A DNA stretch of 37,318 nucleotides from Nemertoderma westbladi (taxonomy: Eukaryota; Animalia; Xenacoelomorpha). The notes beneath the pieces are model-generated. The model ran no database searches and was not told the DNA's origin. It worked only from the letters and a program-made list of their open reading frames with translations. A program made the translations under genes and the position numbers. This document shows, in pieces, positions 1-10,529 of the stretch (its first letter is position 1; every line of letters begins with the position of its first letter). Where the stretch lies: assembly GCA_032718475.1 (NCBI GenBank), contig JAUCBJ010003226.1:1-37318 (forward strand), read 5' to 3'.

Positions 1-761
1 TCAACTGTCTGACAGTACAAGGTGAGTGGTTGTGGGACTGGAGTAACAATCAACTGTCTGACAGTACAAGGTGAGTGGTTGTGGGACTGGAGTAACAATC
101 AACTGTCTGACAGTACAAGGTGAGTGGTTGTGGGACTGGAGTAACAATCAACTGTCTGATAGTACAAGGTGGGTTGGGGGACTGGAGTAACAATCACCTC
201 TCTGACAGTACAAGGTGAGTGGTTGTGGGACTGGAGTAACAATCAACTGTCTGACAGTACAAGGTGAGTGGTTGTGGGACTGGAGTAACAATCAACTGTC
301 TGACAGTACAAGGTGAGTGGTTGTGGGACTGGAGTAACAATCAACTGTCTGATAGTACAAGGTGAGAATGGTTGTGGGACTGGAGTAACAATCAACTGTC
401 TGACAGTACAAGGTGAGTGGTTGTGGGACTGGAGTAACAATCAACTGTCTGATAGTACAAGGTGGGTTGGGGGACTGGAGTAACAATCACCTCTCTGACA
501 GTACAAGGTGAGTGGTTGTGGGACTGGAGTAACAATCAACTGTCTGACAGTACAAGGTGAGAATGGTTGTGGGACTGGAGTAACAATCAACTGTCTGACA
601 GTACAAGGTGAGTGGTTGTGGGACTGGAGTAACAATCAACTGTCTGACAGTACAAGGTGAGTGGTTGTGGGACTGGAGTAACAATCAACTGTCTGACAGT
701 ACAAGGTGAGTGGTTGTGGGACTGGAGTAACAATCAACTGTCTGACAGTACAAGGTGAGTG
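1..761. repeat. 49-bp minisatellite, about 15 copies, truncated by the window start; each unit contains a 5' splice-site consensus CAAG|GTGAGT
   Basis: Unit tcaactgtctgacagtacaaggtgagtggttgtgggactggagtaacaa, with ~46-bp and ~51-bp variants. The array ends at ...caaggtgagtg. Confidence 0.97.
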
Positions 762-880
762 ATGACTCTCGGCAAATTGAACATCTTGCGTTAAGCGAGA
801 AAGAAACTATTTTGTTTTCTATGTAATTAATAGTTATATTTGTTGCTGATTAATTTTTTCATTTTATATTTCCCTCCCAG

Positions 881-1075
881 ACAATGTTGTTACAACACTC
901 TCCACCCAATTAAAGGCGACCCGACAGGAATGTTTACACTTGCGAACAGTGGTTGCCGAGCAACGAAATCAACTGGACGTCGCATACAACGAGAAGCGCG
1001 TAGCCATGGAGACATTGGTAACGTCGGAACTCGGTCAAAGGAAGTGGAATTCTGAAACGAGTGAAATGAGAAGAG
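881..1075 (+). CDS. Internal exon (phase 1-1) of an unidentified coiled-coil protein gene
   Basis: Acceptor tttccctcccag|, donor |gtttga. Translates (D)NVVTTLSTQLKATRQECLHLRTVVAEQRNQLDVAYNEKRVAMETLVTSELGQRKWNSETSEMRR and joins the 1540 exon in frame. Confidence 0.8.
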
Positions 1076-1110
1076 GTTTGAACCATTTTATATTAAGGTT
1101 ATTATTTGCT

Positions 1111-1147
1111 CAGTTTGGGCACTGTGCTTTAAATGCTGCAGCCTAGC
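1111..1147 (+). mobile_element. Short fragment of the same interspersed repeat (SINE body) found at 22774-23032
   Basis: cagtttgggcactgtgctttaaatgctgcagcctagc is nearly the reverse complement of about 22920-22956. Confidence 0.6.
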
Positions 1148-1539
1148 TGAACCCATGCAGAAACTACGAAACAGTACGAAACAGTAACTTTGGATACGCG
1201 AAACCGAGATTAAGTGTTTACTGTATGCGGAACAATAAGATTCATTAAAGGGAGTCAGCCACACTCGTAATCCAAACACCGAAATCTGCACCAAACCCAG
1301 AATCTATGTAGTGCGTGATTCCAATTAGCAAAAGCCCTGAAAATGACTACATGCATACAGGCATTGTCAAGCATAGCCTGTGGCTTGTATGCCATTTTAA
1401 TCCTAGTTATTAGTTTATGGCCCGACCCTTTTCAATCGAGTACGTAGTGTGCTTATCACTAGTGTAGGTGTTACGACTTGCGAGTATAGTGTAAAGTTTA
1501 GTTTTCCTCATCTCTATTTATGAACTGATTATCTTACAG

Positions 1540-1672
1540 ATGTCGATGTCATGGTCGGACAAATAGAATTAGTTGAGCGGCAACTACAATCAGTTAGACA
1601 TGATAACCAAAAACTCGCATTGGAACTACAGCAGAAAGACAAACAATTGCACCAACAAAAACAATTCACTAA
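1540..1672 (+). CDS. Internal exon (phase 1-2) of the coiled-coil protein gene
   Basis: Acceptor atcttacag|, donor AA|gtaagt. Translates DVDVMVGQIELVERQLQSVRHDNQKLALELQQKDKQLHQQKQFT, a heptad-like Q/L/E-rich sequence. Confidence 0.85.
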
Positions 1673-1744
1673 GTAAGTATCACCAATTATTGTTACAACA
1701 GAAACAACTCACTAAGTAAGTATCACCAAATGTTACAACAAAAC
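1654..1744. repeat. About 43-bp two-copy tandem duplication of the exon end plus donor site
   Basis: caacaaaaacaattcactaagtaagtatcaccaattattgtta is followed by caacagaaacaactcactaagtaagtatcaccaaatgtta; a second GTAAGT sits at 1716. Confidence 0.85.
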
Positions 1745-1974
1745 CACCTATATTATTGAGATCACCAATATTTTTTACCATATTGTAGGCAATGAGAAGT
1801 AGAGTCGATTTTTCAAAATAATTGGGTGTCATTATGTTCGTTTCCATCGTAACGGATTAATTATCCAAAATAGGTCAAAAACTATTCGGGACCAACTTAT
1901 TCGTTTTCCTTTCTTGGGGGACTCTCTTTGTCCTATACATGTCCACAATAATGGGGTGAATGAGCTCCAAACAC

Positions 1975-3320
1975 GCACGGATTTTAAAGACCTCAGGGGC
2001 ACGCCATCTACTCAACTGGCACGATTGGTCCTGATGTCCCTTGCTGTAGTCTTGATTTCAACAAAGGATATGTCACCCATGGGGATATCTGTGATATTCA
2101 GACACACGATGTACCTCAAAGTTATCAGGCAATACCCTATCATTCTTTAGAAGCTTCTCAAAGTGGGCCTTCCAACCATTGCATTGAGGCGTTCAGCTGG
2201 AGATTCAACCTTAACCTTTGTGGTTGGTTGGCTTTTCCGCCCAGCGAGCAGGTTTTTTTTTATTGCCATGCCTGGTCTGATTGCCTGCTATCATCATCAT
2301 TGTTAATGTCATCAACCTACTTATTAATAAGCTCCTCCAGATTATCTGAGTACTGCCTGTTAAGGGACCTAGATGCAGCCTTAACTGCATCTTTGGCTCT
2401 CCTCGTGTGCCCGAGTCGGCGGGACTCATTATGTGCCTTAGTGAGGTCATTTCGGCATTTGTGGTCAGTTGGTTACAGGGGGGAGGGGGGGGGGGGGGGG
2501 GCTTTTTCCTGTTTCGAGGGTATAAGGAACTGTTTCTGTAGCTGCTAACTTAACTGCTTATGTGAAGGCAGTATAGCAATCGCAGTAATCCGTTGCCTCA
2601 GAGGCGAAAACCTCATACATGTTGCTCAGATTTAGTGTGAAGCTGGATCTCACACTGGGCTGTTGCAACGGAGACGACCAGTCATGCCGCGGCAAGGCAG
2701 ATTTTGTTGTTCTGCTAGCACGCAGACTAAGTTTTGCCTTGGTCACAAGACAATAAGGCGGTGATCACTGGAGAAGGGGCGAAGTGTAAATGCACTACAG
2801 TCTAGTACAGAGCTCCTGTATTTCCTACGAAACAGAATTTGGTCTATCTGGGACTTGTAGCCACTGGGTCTACACTGGGTTCCAGCCGAAAACAATCCAT
2901 TCCCAGAGATGTATTCCTGAAGATGGACGGAATTTCGGTTAAAACTATTGCCTTTGACCCAGGGCGATGTAGGTGATTGATGCAGACTTGCATTAAAGTC
3001 TCCCAGGAATGTTAAGATTGCATGCTGATCCATTCCATCAGCAGGTGCTTGTAGATTGTGTTAAAAATTTCCACCTCCTCTACCTGGACAACACTAGTTG
3101 GAGAGTAGCACACAATCAGAACTTCGCTAAGCTGTGTGCAAGGCCTACTTTTCTCTTAGTAGGCCTTGGCTGTGCGATCCACTTATCAGCTTATTGGCCT
3201 TTCTATACAGACATGCGCACTACTGCACTACTGAGTGCGTTTATGTTCTGATGCTGTGATGTATGCCAGGACCAGGAAGCTTTTGTTTGCAGCTTACAGC
3301 AAAGGAGTGTACCACTGTTG
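1975..3320 (-). mobile_element. Decayed non-LTR retrotransposon (RTE-like LINE) fragment: APE endonuclease and pre-RT linker
   Basis: ORF 2743-3033 has LGDFNA...QIDQILFR...SDHRLIV endonuclease motifs. The minus strand near 2090-1990 reads DISFVEIKTTARDIRTNRAS*VDGVP/EVFK, the motif preceding RT. Stops and frameshifts are present; boundaries are approximate. Confidence 0.8.
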
Positions 3321-3566
3321 TTAGCACCGTAGGAATCGACCGGTTCGCGAATTTTGGCCGGTACCGGTGCAGGCCGGTTCTAAAAAAAACCGGCCGAACC
3401 GGTACAGGGCCGGTTTTTCATATTTATTTCATTGTTTAATTAGTTGGAATGTCAAAAATTGTCAAACCGGCGCCTGAAAGGTAACATTACTGCAACAGTA
3501 CTGTAGTTTATTAATGTGTGTATCAGGTCTATATGTAATATATTATAAATATTTTGATCTGTTTAT

Positions 3567-4208
3567 TACGGTGGCTGAATTGTGCCACTTAATACTTTTT
3601 TTTATTTTTTTTTTGAAGCGACTTTTTGGTCGACCAAAAAGTACTTTTTGGTCGACCAATAAGTCGACTTTTTGGTCGACCAAAAAGTCTGGAAGTATTA
3701 TCCAATAGAAAACATACAACTATTTTCGAGGCAAAATCAAATTACATTAAGTGAATTAGGTGGTTATTTAAAACCGTAACACTATCATGATGAAGGATTA
3801 ATATCCTAGGTACCGGTAGGCCTAGCGATCAATGTGTTTAACAAAGCTTTATGTACACCGGTACAGTAATTTGATTTTACCTCCAAAATAGTTATATATA
3901 TGTTTTCTATTGGATAATACTTCCAGACTTTTTGGTCGACCAATAAGTCGACTTTTTGGTCGACCAATAAGTACTTTTTGGTCGACCAAAAAGTAGTTTT
4001 TGGTCGACCAATAAGTCGACTTTTTGGTCGACCAATAAGTCGACTTTTTGGTCGACCAATAAGTACTTTTTGGTCGACCAAAAAGTCGACTTATTGGTCG
4101 ACCAAAAAGTACTTTTTGGTCGACCAAAAAGTACTTTTTGGTCGACCAAAAAGTCCCTTAAAAAAATAAATAAAAAAAAGTATTAAGTGGCACAATTCAG
4201 CCACCGTA
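3567..4208. mobile_element. IS3EU-like MITE/foldback element nested in the hAT-like element
   Basis: Long TIR tacggtggctgaattgtgccacttaatactttt / aaaagtattaagtggcacaattcagccaccgta. Exact 6-bp TSD gtttat (3561-3566, 4209-4214). Subterminal tandem palindromes ttttggtcgaccaa. TAYGG ends with a 6-bp TSD match the IS3EU superfamily. Confidence 0.88.
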
Positions 4209-4557
4209 GTTTATGGATCCCACAATATACCCTGGGGGGGGGGGGGGGGGTGGAGGGCTGGTGGCTGGGTGTCAATGTTTTCTGAAAAACATTAACGTTC
4301 GACTTTTTATGACTGATAACAATATTGATGACACTCTACCTACATGGCAATTATGAAACTATAGGTCTAATTTTAAGAAGCACTCTAATGGATGGGGGGT
4401 GGGGGGGGGGGCGTTGCCCATAACACATGGGCTTTCTTTCTATTACATCAGTAGTTTGAAAATATTTTACAAAAAATTAAAAATGTATAATTTCTGAATT
4501 ATGTAAACAGGTAAAAGCACAAACTGTAGCACGTTGATTGCGCGTTGATTGGTAGAT

Positions 4558-4858
4558 TAAAACTAACTAATAAATAACTAATCTCGAACTAAACTAATAA
4601 AACACCTAAACCCGAACTAACTCATAACTCAACCTGAACTAAACTAATAACTAAACCCGAACGAAACTAAAACTAATTAATAACTAAACTAAAACGAACT
4701 TAAAACTAATCCTGAACTAAACTAATAGGGGCCTAACTAAACCCGAACAAAACTAAAACGAATTCATAACTAAACTAAAACGAACTTAAAACTAATCCAG
4801 AATTAAACTAATAACTAAACCCGAACGAAACTAAAACTAATTAATATCTAAACTAAAA
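4558..4858. repeat. Degenerate A-rich tandem repeat (aactaaactaataactaaacccgaacgaaactaa-type) inside the hAT-like element
   Basis: Repeated aactaa/cccgaac motifs with strong strand asymmetry. Confidence 0.75.
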
Positions 4859-5691
4859 TGTACATACTGTACAACTGTACAAAGCTCGAACTTCTGAGCT
4901 GTCAGTGTCAGACCGCTCTGCCGGTCCCGGTAGTGTAGTCAATACTGCACTATGATATGTACCGGTACACCATGGCATCTGTCTGTCTGTAGGTCAGTAA
5001 TCATGCTAGTACAGTCAAGTTAGACAGTACTGCAGTAGTACATATCGGTATTACTGTATTACTGTATTAGGCCTACAGTAATACACCAGTGCAGCAGTGG
5101 ACCAGTAATATCTGTTTCTACTGTCTGACTGTGTCAGTGTGTAGGCAGTAGGCCTACTATATATACTGCTTATGCCCTAATACTGTAATAAGTAACATAA
5201 CTGCATAATTAGCCATTATCAATTATTACTGTATTAAAAAATCGAAACCGGCACCGATTTAAAAAAACCGGCCCGGTACCGGTTCGGCCAAAACCGGCAC
5301 CTATCTACCGGTACCGGTGCACCGGTCGATTCCTAAGCACCAGTACCGGTACTGCAGTAGGGCGGTAGGTCTCACTTATTTTTGTATCCTACTACTTCTG
5401 ACTGCTGGATTATCAGATTATAGCCTATCTGCCTATGGCCTAGAGCCTACTACCAGACTACATAATAAGTCGAATTTTACCTGGTCAGTAGGTGTCAGCT
5501 CTGCTGCTCTGGTTTTGAAAATATATGACAAGTCAGCAACTGAGCAAGTTGCGCTGCGCTGTCCCGCTGCCAGTTTGCAGTTACCGTTATATCTGTATAT
5601 TAACATTATTTAGGTACCGGTATCTGTCAGTCTGTATATTCCAGTATTCTACTGTTCAAAGTTGGTTCTAAAACAATCAGACAATGCTGCA

Positions 5692-6945
5692 ATGAAACTA
5701 CCATTTATTCAATTTAATAAGGATCTCAAACCGTGTCGGATTTTATTAACAAAATTAGGAGTTTTATCAAAATCTCCAAGGAGGAGTCTGAGAACAAATA
5801 GGGCCATAAAACGTCTTCAACTGAAATGGCAGACCAGAAACAGCCGGACCCGGGACTCTAAACAGAGTGTGTGTGCGGCATTCGGCACCCGCTCGGCGTT
5901 GGCCTGGAGATCTCCCCCCGAGTTCGCCCCACGCGTCGACCTCTCCAGCGAGTTCTCCAGGTGGTGTTCCATCCCGCTAACACCGATCGGCACCGCCGCT
6001 CTCACCCCGAACGACTCAGTTCCCCCGGTAATCCCCCACGGAACGCGTCACATAAAACCGGAGACCCGTCGCCCCGTGCGAGTTCTCTCGCTGTTTGATG
6101 GAATCGCCACCGGTAAAGTCGTCCTGGACGCCGCCGGAATCGCCGTGGAGAAATACGTCGCATCCGAGATCGACGAACCCGCAATTATGTTGGTACGCAC
6201 TAATCATGGCGACAGCGTCCAACACGTAGGAGACATTCGTAAACTAACCGAGTTGAGACTAGAAGAACTCGGTCCGTTCGATTTGGTCATCGGCGGGTCT
6301 CCATGCAACGATCTGTCGTCTGTGAACCCTAACCGACAAGGACTCCAAGGTACCGACTCGAGACTTTTCTTTCACTTCCATCGGGTCTTACAGATCTGTA
6401 AGTTTCAGGCGCGCGCCGCCGGGGTGCAGAACTTCTTCTGGTTGTTTGAGAACGTAAGTTCAATGAGTTATGAATCGAAGACGGAGATCTCTGAGTTCTT
6501 CGAGTCGCGTCCTGTTAACGTTGACGCTAGTTCCGTATCCCCTATGCGACGTAGACGACTGTTCTGGGGAAACATCCCCGGTTTGCCGCGGTTCCTTCAC
6601 GAAAGACCGACGCCCAAACTAACTGACTGTCTGCATCTCTCGGACATTCTCGAACGCGGCAGTTACAGACAGCCAGTAGCGAAGAAGATCAACACGTTGA
6701 CCACTCAGTCCACTAGTAGCTCCTTAACCGTGGGGAGTAGACGGACGTTGCCGGTGCTGCATCTCGGGAGACCGGATTACCTGTTCCCCACCGAGATGGA
6801 GAGGGCCTTCGGGCTGCCCACTCATTACACAGACTGTTACGGCTTCTCTAAGACCCAACGACAACGACTCCTCGGCAAGGCCTGGTCTGTCCCGGTAGTC
6901 CGCAATATTCTAGAAGGTCTCACTCCGTTCTTTCAGTCTTCCTAA
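5692..6945 (+). CDS. DNMT3: DNMT3-family DNA (cytosine-5) methyltransferase; intronless ORF with only the catalytic domain and a ~125-aa basic N-terminal extension
   Basis: Motifs VRVLSLFDGIATG (I), YVASEID (II), GPFDLVIGGSPCNDLS (IV, catalytic Cys), FFWLFENV (VI), RRRLFWGNIPG (VIII), TEMERAFGLPTHYTD (IX), RQRLLGKAWSVPV (X), colinear with the DNMT3A/B C-terminus. First in-frame ATG at 5692, stop TAA at 6943-6945. Confidence 0.95.
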   Translation: MKLPFIQFNKDLKPCRILLTKLGVLSKSPRRSLRTNRAIKRLQLKWQTRNSRTRDSKQSVCAAFGTRSALAWRSPPEFAPRVDLSSEFSRWCSIPLTPIGTAALTPNDSVPPVIPHGTRHIKPETRRPVRVLSLFDGIATGKVVLDAAGIAVEKYVASEIDEPAIMLVRTNHGDSVQHVGDIRKLTELRLEELGPFDLVIGGSPCNDLSSVNPNRQGLQGTDSRLFFHFHRVLQICKFQARAAGVQNFFWLFENVSSMSYESKTEISEFFESRPVNVDASSVSPMRRRRLFWGNIPGLPRFLHERPTPKLTDCLHLSDILERGSYRQPVAKKINTLTTQSTSSSLTVGSRRTLPVLHLGRPDYLFPTEMERAFGLPTHYTDCYGFSKTQRQRLLGKAWSVPVVRNILEGLTPFFQSS

Positions 6946-7535
6946 TTGATTACAATTAGTTTTACATAATATTATCCATTTATGTTTCTTTATGTTTCAC
7001 TCATCCTAATGACCCAATATTTAGCATTTATTTATAATATTTGTTTGTTCTTCGATTGTTAACTTTAAACTTTCTTAATGTTCTTTCAAATTTTATATGA
7101 AGAAATAATATATTTCATATATTTCACTGGATGCTAATAAGTACTTATTCACTCCCCGTTACCCCATTTTTGTAGTTGCTGTAAATTGCGCAGAGACAGT
7201 GAAACTAATCTCATAAATTTGTTAGATTATGTTTACTTTTCAGCGCCCCAGTTATATTATCACTTCACTAGCTTACTAACAATAAACTTCTGGAACACGT
7301 CTTGTATATTCTCCATTGTTCTGGTGTGTCTGAGCCAGGCTAAGTGAAATGAAAGATTGTTTACCGTGCAGTTGTCAGTTGTAGTGACTAGTTAGTTGCT
7401 GAAAATGGTTATGAATTGTATCAATATTCCTTAAGTATTAGAATATTAGGTGGTTTAATTTTAAGCTTCCAGGACGCAGATAAGTTGCGTAATGTAACAA
7501 AATTACGGAAATCATTGTGTGAAAAAGGGGCACTA

Positions 7536-7581
7536 ACTATTCTCACACTCAGGTAGTGAGTGACCTGAGTGTGAGAATAGT
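7536..7581. other. Perfect 19-bp inverted repeat with 8-nt loop
   Basis: actattctcacactcaggt-agtgagtg-acctgagtgtgagaatagt. Confidence 0.85.
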
Positions 7582-8523
7582 GAGTGAATACTGAAAGGTG
7601 CTACTTTTCGTACGATGGTTCGAATAGTTATTACTATTATATTTTTCTTAGATTCCATTTATGTTACCTTCACTTCCATTTTCGCGATCATTTTTTACTT
7701 TTTAATCTGCCTGATTCGTTTTTGTAAACAATAAATTCTCACGACCATTGGAGGTTGTAGGTTAGTAGAACACTTCCTGCAAACTACTGCAAGAACCAAA
7801 ACATTCGTCTCTTGGTTGTCTTATTTTCGGAAATATTATATTTGCGACAATATAAATCTTACTTTATCCACCGATAATGATTATATTAGGCCAATAATTA
7901 ATTAAGGTGCTATATTAATTAATTGTATGTTATGGTAGGTGTTTTATCCCGCCTTCACATTGCCTTACAATGTTACGAACGGATTATGTGATCAGTGCCT
8001 ATATATTAAATTCAACCTTATTGTGTTGCCTGTAATTTAGTTCGTTTATATTATTTGTTGATTATTTGTCTTCCACAGATTGTATTGACACCCCCCCCCC
8101 CCCCCCCCCCCGGACCTCAACTTTATTTACCTCTAGTATATTTTTATACTTTATGTTGCGATTTAATGGGTTTGGGAAACTTATTTAAATGTTTTCTAGA
8201 CGGTGGTTGGGTTTATTAGGGGCGAACTATACATTCATATTCTAATATGTAATTGTACAATGTGTTGCGTAGTATAATGTTGTATCTATATTGCAATATA
8301 TAACAAGTTAGCGTAGTTAGAAAGTGCAACATGTATGTATATATTGTATGTTAGTTAAGGATTTCTTAGTGAGTTATTGGTTCGTTGTGTTAGCAACCAC
8401 GACTTCAATTTATAACTTACAGCTGAGCTGAATGCAGTCCAATAGCCAATGCAGTAAACCCAATGCAATGAGTCTACTGCAGACCGTTCTCGTTCAATAT
8501 GTATGTAAACCATTATCATTGTT

Positions 8524-9979
8524 CATAGTCTCATAACCATATCGGTCCCATAGTCTCATAACCATATCGGTCCCATAGACTCCCATAGTCCCATAACCAT
8601 ATCGGTCCCATAGACTCCCATAGTCTCATAACCATATCGGTCCCATAGACTCCCATAGTCCCATAACCATATCGGTCCCATAGACTCCCATAGTCCCATA
8701 ACCATATCGGTCCCATAGACTCCCATAGTCTCATAACCATATCGGTCCCATAGACTCCCATAGTCCCATAACCATATCGGTCCCATAGACTCCCATAGTC
8801 TCATAACCATATCGGTCCCATAGACTCCCATAGTCCCATAACCATATCGGTCCCATAGACTCCCATAGTCTCATAACCATATCGGTCCCATAGACTCCCA
8901 TAGTCTCATAACCATATCGGTCCCATAGACTCCCATAGTCATGCATAACCATATCGGTCCCATAGACTCCCATAGTCCCATAACCATATCGGTCCCATAG
9001 ACTCCCATAGACTCCCATAGTCCCATAACCATATCGGTCCCATAGACTCCCATAGTCCCATAACCATATCGGTCCCATAGACTCCCATAGTCTCATAACC
9101 ATATCGGTCCCATAGACTCCCATAGTCCCATAACCATATCGGTCCCATAGACTCCCATAGTCTCATAACCATATCGGTCCAATCCCATAGTTCATAACCA
9201 TATCGGTCCCATAGACTCCCATAGTCCCATAACCATATCGGTCCCATAGACTCCCATAGTCCCATAACCATATCGGTCCCATAGACTCCCATAGTCTCAT
9301 AACCATATCGGTCCCTAGACTCCCATAGTCTCATAACCATATCGGTCCAATCCCATAGTCTCATAACCATATCGGTCCCATAGACTCCCATAGTCTCATA
9401 ACCATATCGGTCCCATAGACTCCCATAGTCCCTTAACCATATCGGTCCCATAGACTCCCATAGTCTCATAACCATATCGGTCCAATCCCATAGTCTCATA
9501 ACCATATCGGCCCCATAGACTCCCATAGTCCCATAACCATATCGGTCCCATAGTCTCATAACCATATCGGTCCCATAGACTCCCATAGTCTCATAACCAT
9601 ATCGGTCCCATAGACTCCCATAGTCCCATAACCATATCGGTCCCATAGACTCCCATAGTCCCATAACCATATCGGTCCCATAGACTCCCATAGTCTCATA
9701 ACCATATCGGTCCCATAGACTCCCATAGTCCCATAACCATATCGGTCCCATAGACTCCCATAACCATATCGGTCCCATAGACTCCCATAGTCCCATAACC
9801 ATATCGGTCCCATAGACTCCCATAACCATATCGGTCCCATAGACTCCCATAGTCCCATAACCATATCGGTCCCATAGACTCCCATAGTCCCATAACCATA
9901 TCGGTCCCATAGACTCCCATAGTCCCATAACCATATCGGTCCCATAGTCCCATAACCATATCGGTCCCATAGACTCCCA
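8524..9979. repeat. 35-bp minisatellite, about 42 copies, built from ~10-bp sub-repeats
   Basis: Unit tcccatagactcccatagtc(c/t)cataaccatatcgg, with deletion variants. Confidence 0.97.
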
Positions 9980-10529
9980 CTAGTCTTTTAGCTTCTTTTT
10001 ATAATGACTTATGTTTTTTTTACTTCAGCTGAATTATCACTATCAGGTGTGTATTATTTGAAATACTGTTTGGAGATTTCTATGAAATATACAGTGTATA
10101 TATAGATAGAGGTGTATATGTATTTTAATATGAATAATAAGACATTAAAATATAATATATCTGCTATTTTATCATTTTAGTATTATTATTAAATATTGTC
10201 TCCCATGTGAAGAATACCAGATTATCACTTTTCGTCAGATATTTCATTGAGATTTTATATATAAATAAATCTTATTTTTAGTATTTTTATTATCTCCTTA
10301 GTTCTATCTCATAAACTGAACAGATACTAAAACGTTTATTGTTTTGGTTAGATTCAGCCCTTCTGTAACCTGGGTTTTAATATTTTCAAATCACTAAAGT
10401 TATGGGTTAACTTCAATGCGACTGAATTGGTGGTGGGAAACATACGGTGTGGGGGGGGTCACTAAATTACAACACTATAAGTACTGGTAAATTTTATCGG
10501 TCAACGGTCAAGTTTATAAATTGCCAATT

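Larger units (their letters stand above)
3330..5335. mobile_element. Non-autonomous hAT-like DNA transposon (no transposase ORF)
   Basis: Perfect 15-bp TIR taggaatcgaccggt (3330-3344) / accggtcgattccta (5321-5335). ACCGG-rich subterminal regions at both ends. Near target-site duplication agcacc-g / agcaccag. TAG termini with a ~8-bp TSD are typical of hAT. Confidence 0.75.

Noticed and set aside
5817-6225. Short ORFs overlapping DNMT3 (likewise those overlapping RFT1 and the LINE)
   Set aside because: They are shadow frames of GC-rich coding sequence with no independent evidence.
3330-6945. DNMT3 as cargo inside the hAT-like transposon
   Set aside because: The matching right TIR is at 5321-5335, upstream of the ORF, and I found no enclosing TIR, LTR or TSD around DNMT3.
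8531-9980. Minus-strand ORFs up to 343 aa (MGPIWLWDYG...)
   Set aside because: They are translations of the 35-bp minisatellite in all three frames. The same applies to ORFs at 243-684, 3806-4169, 24213-29061 and 35723-35920.
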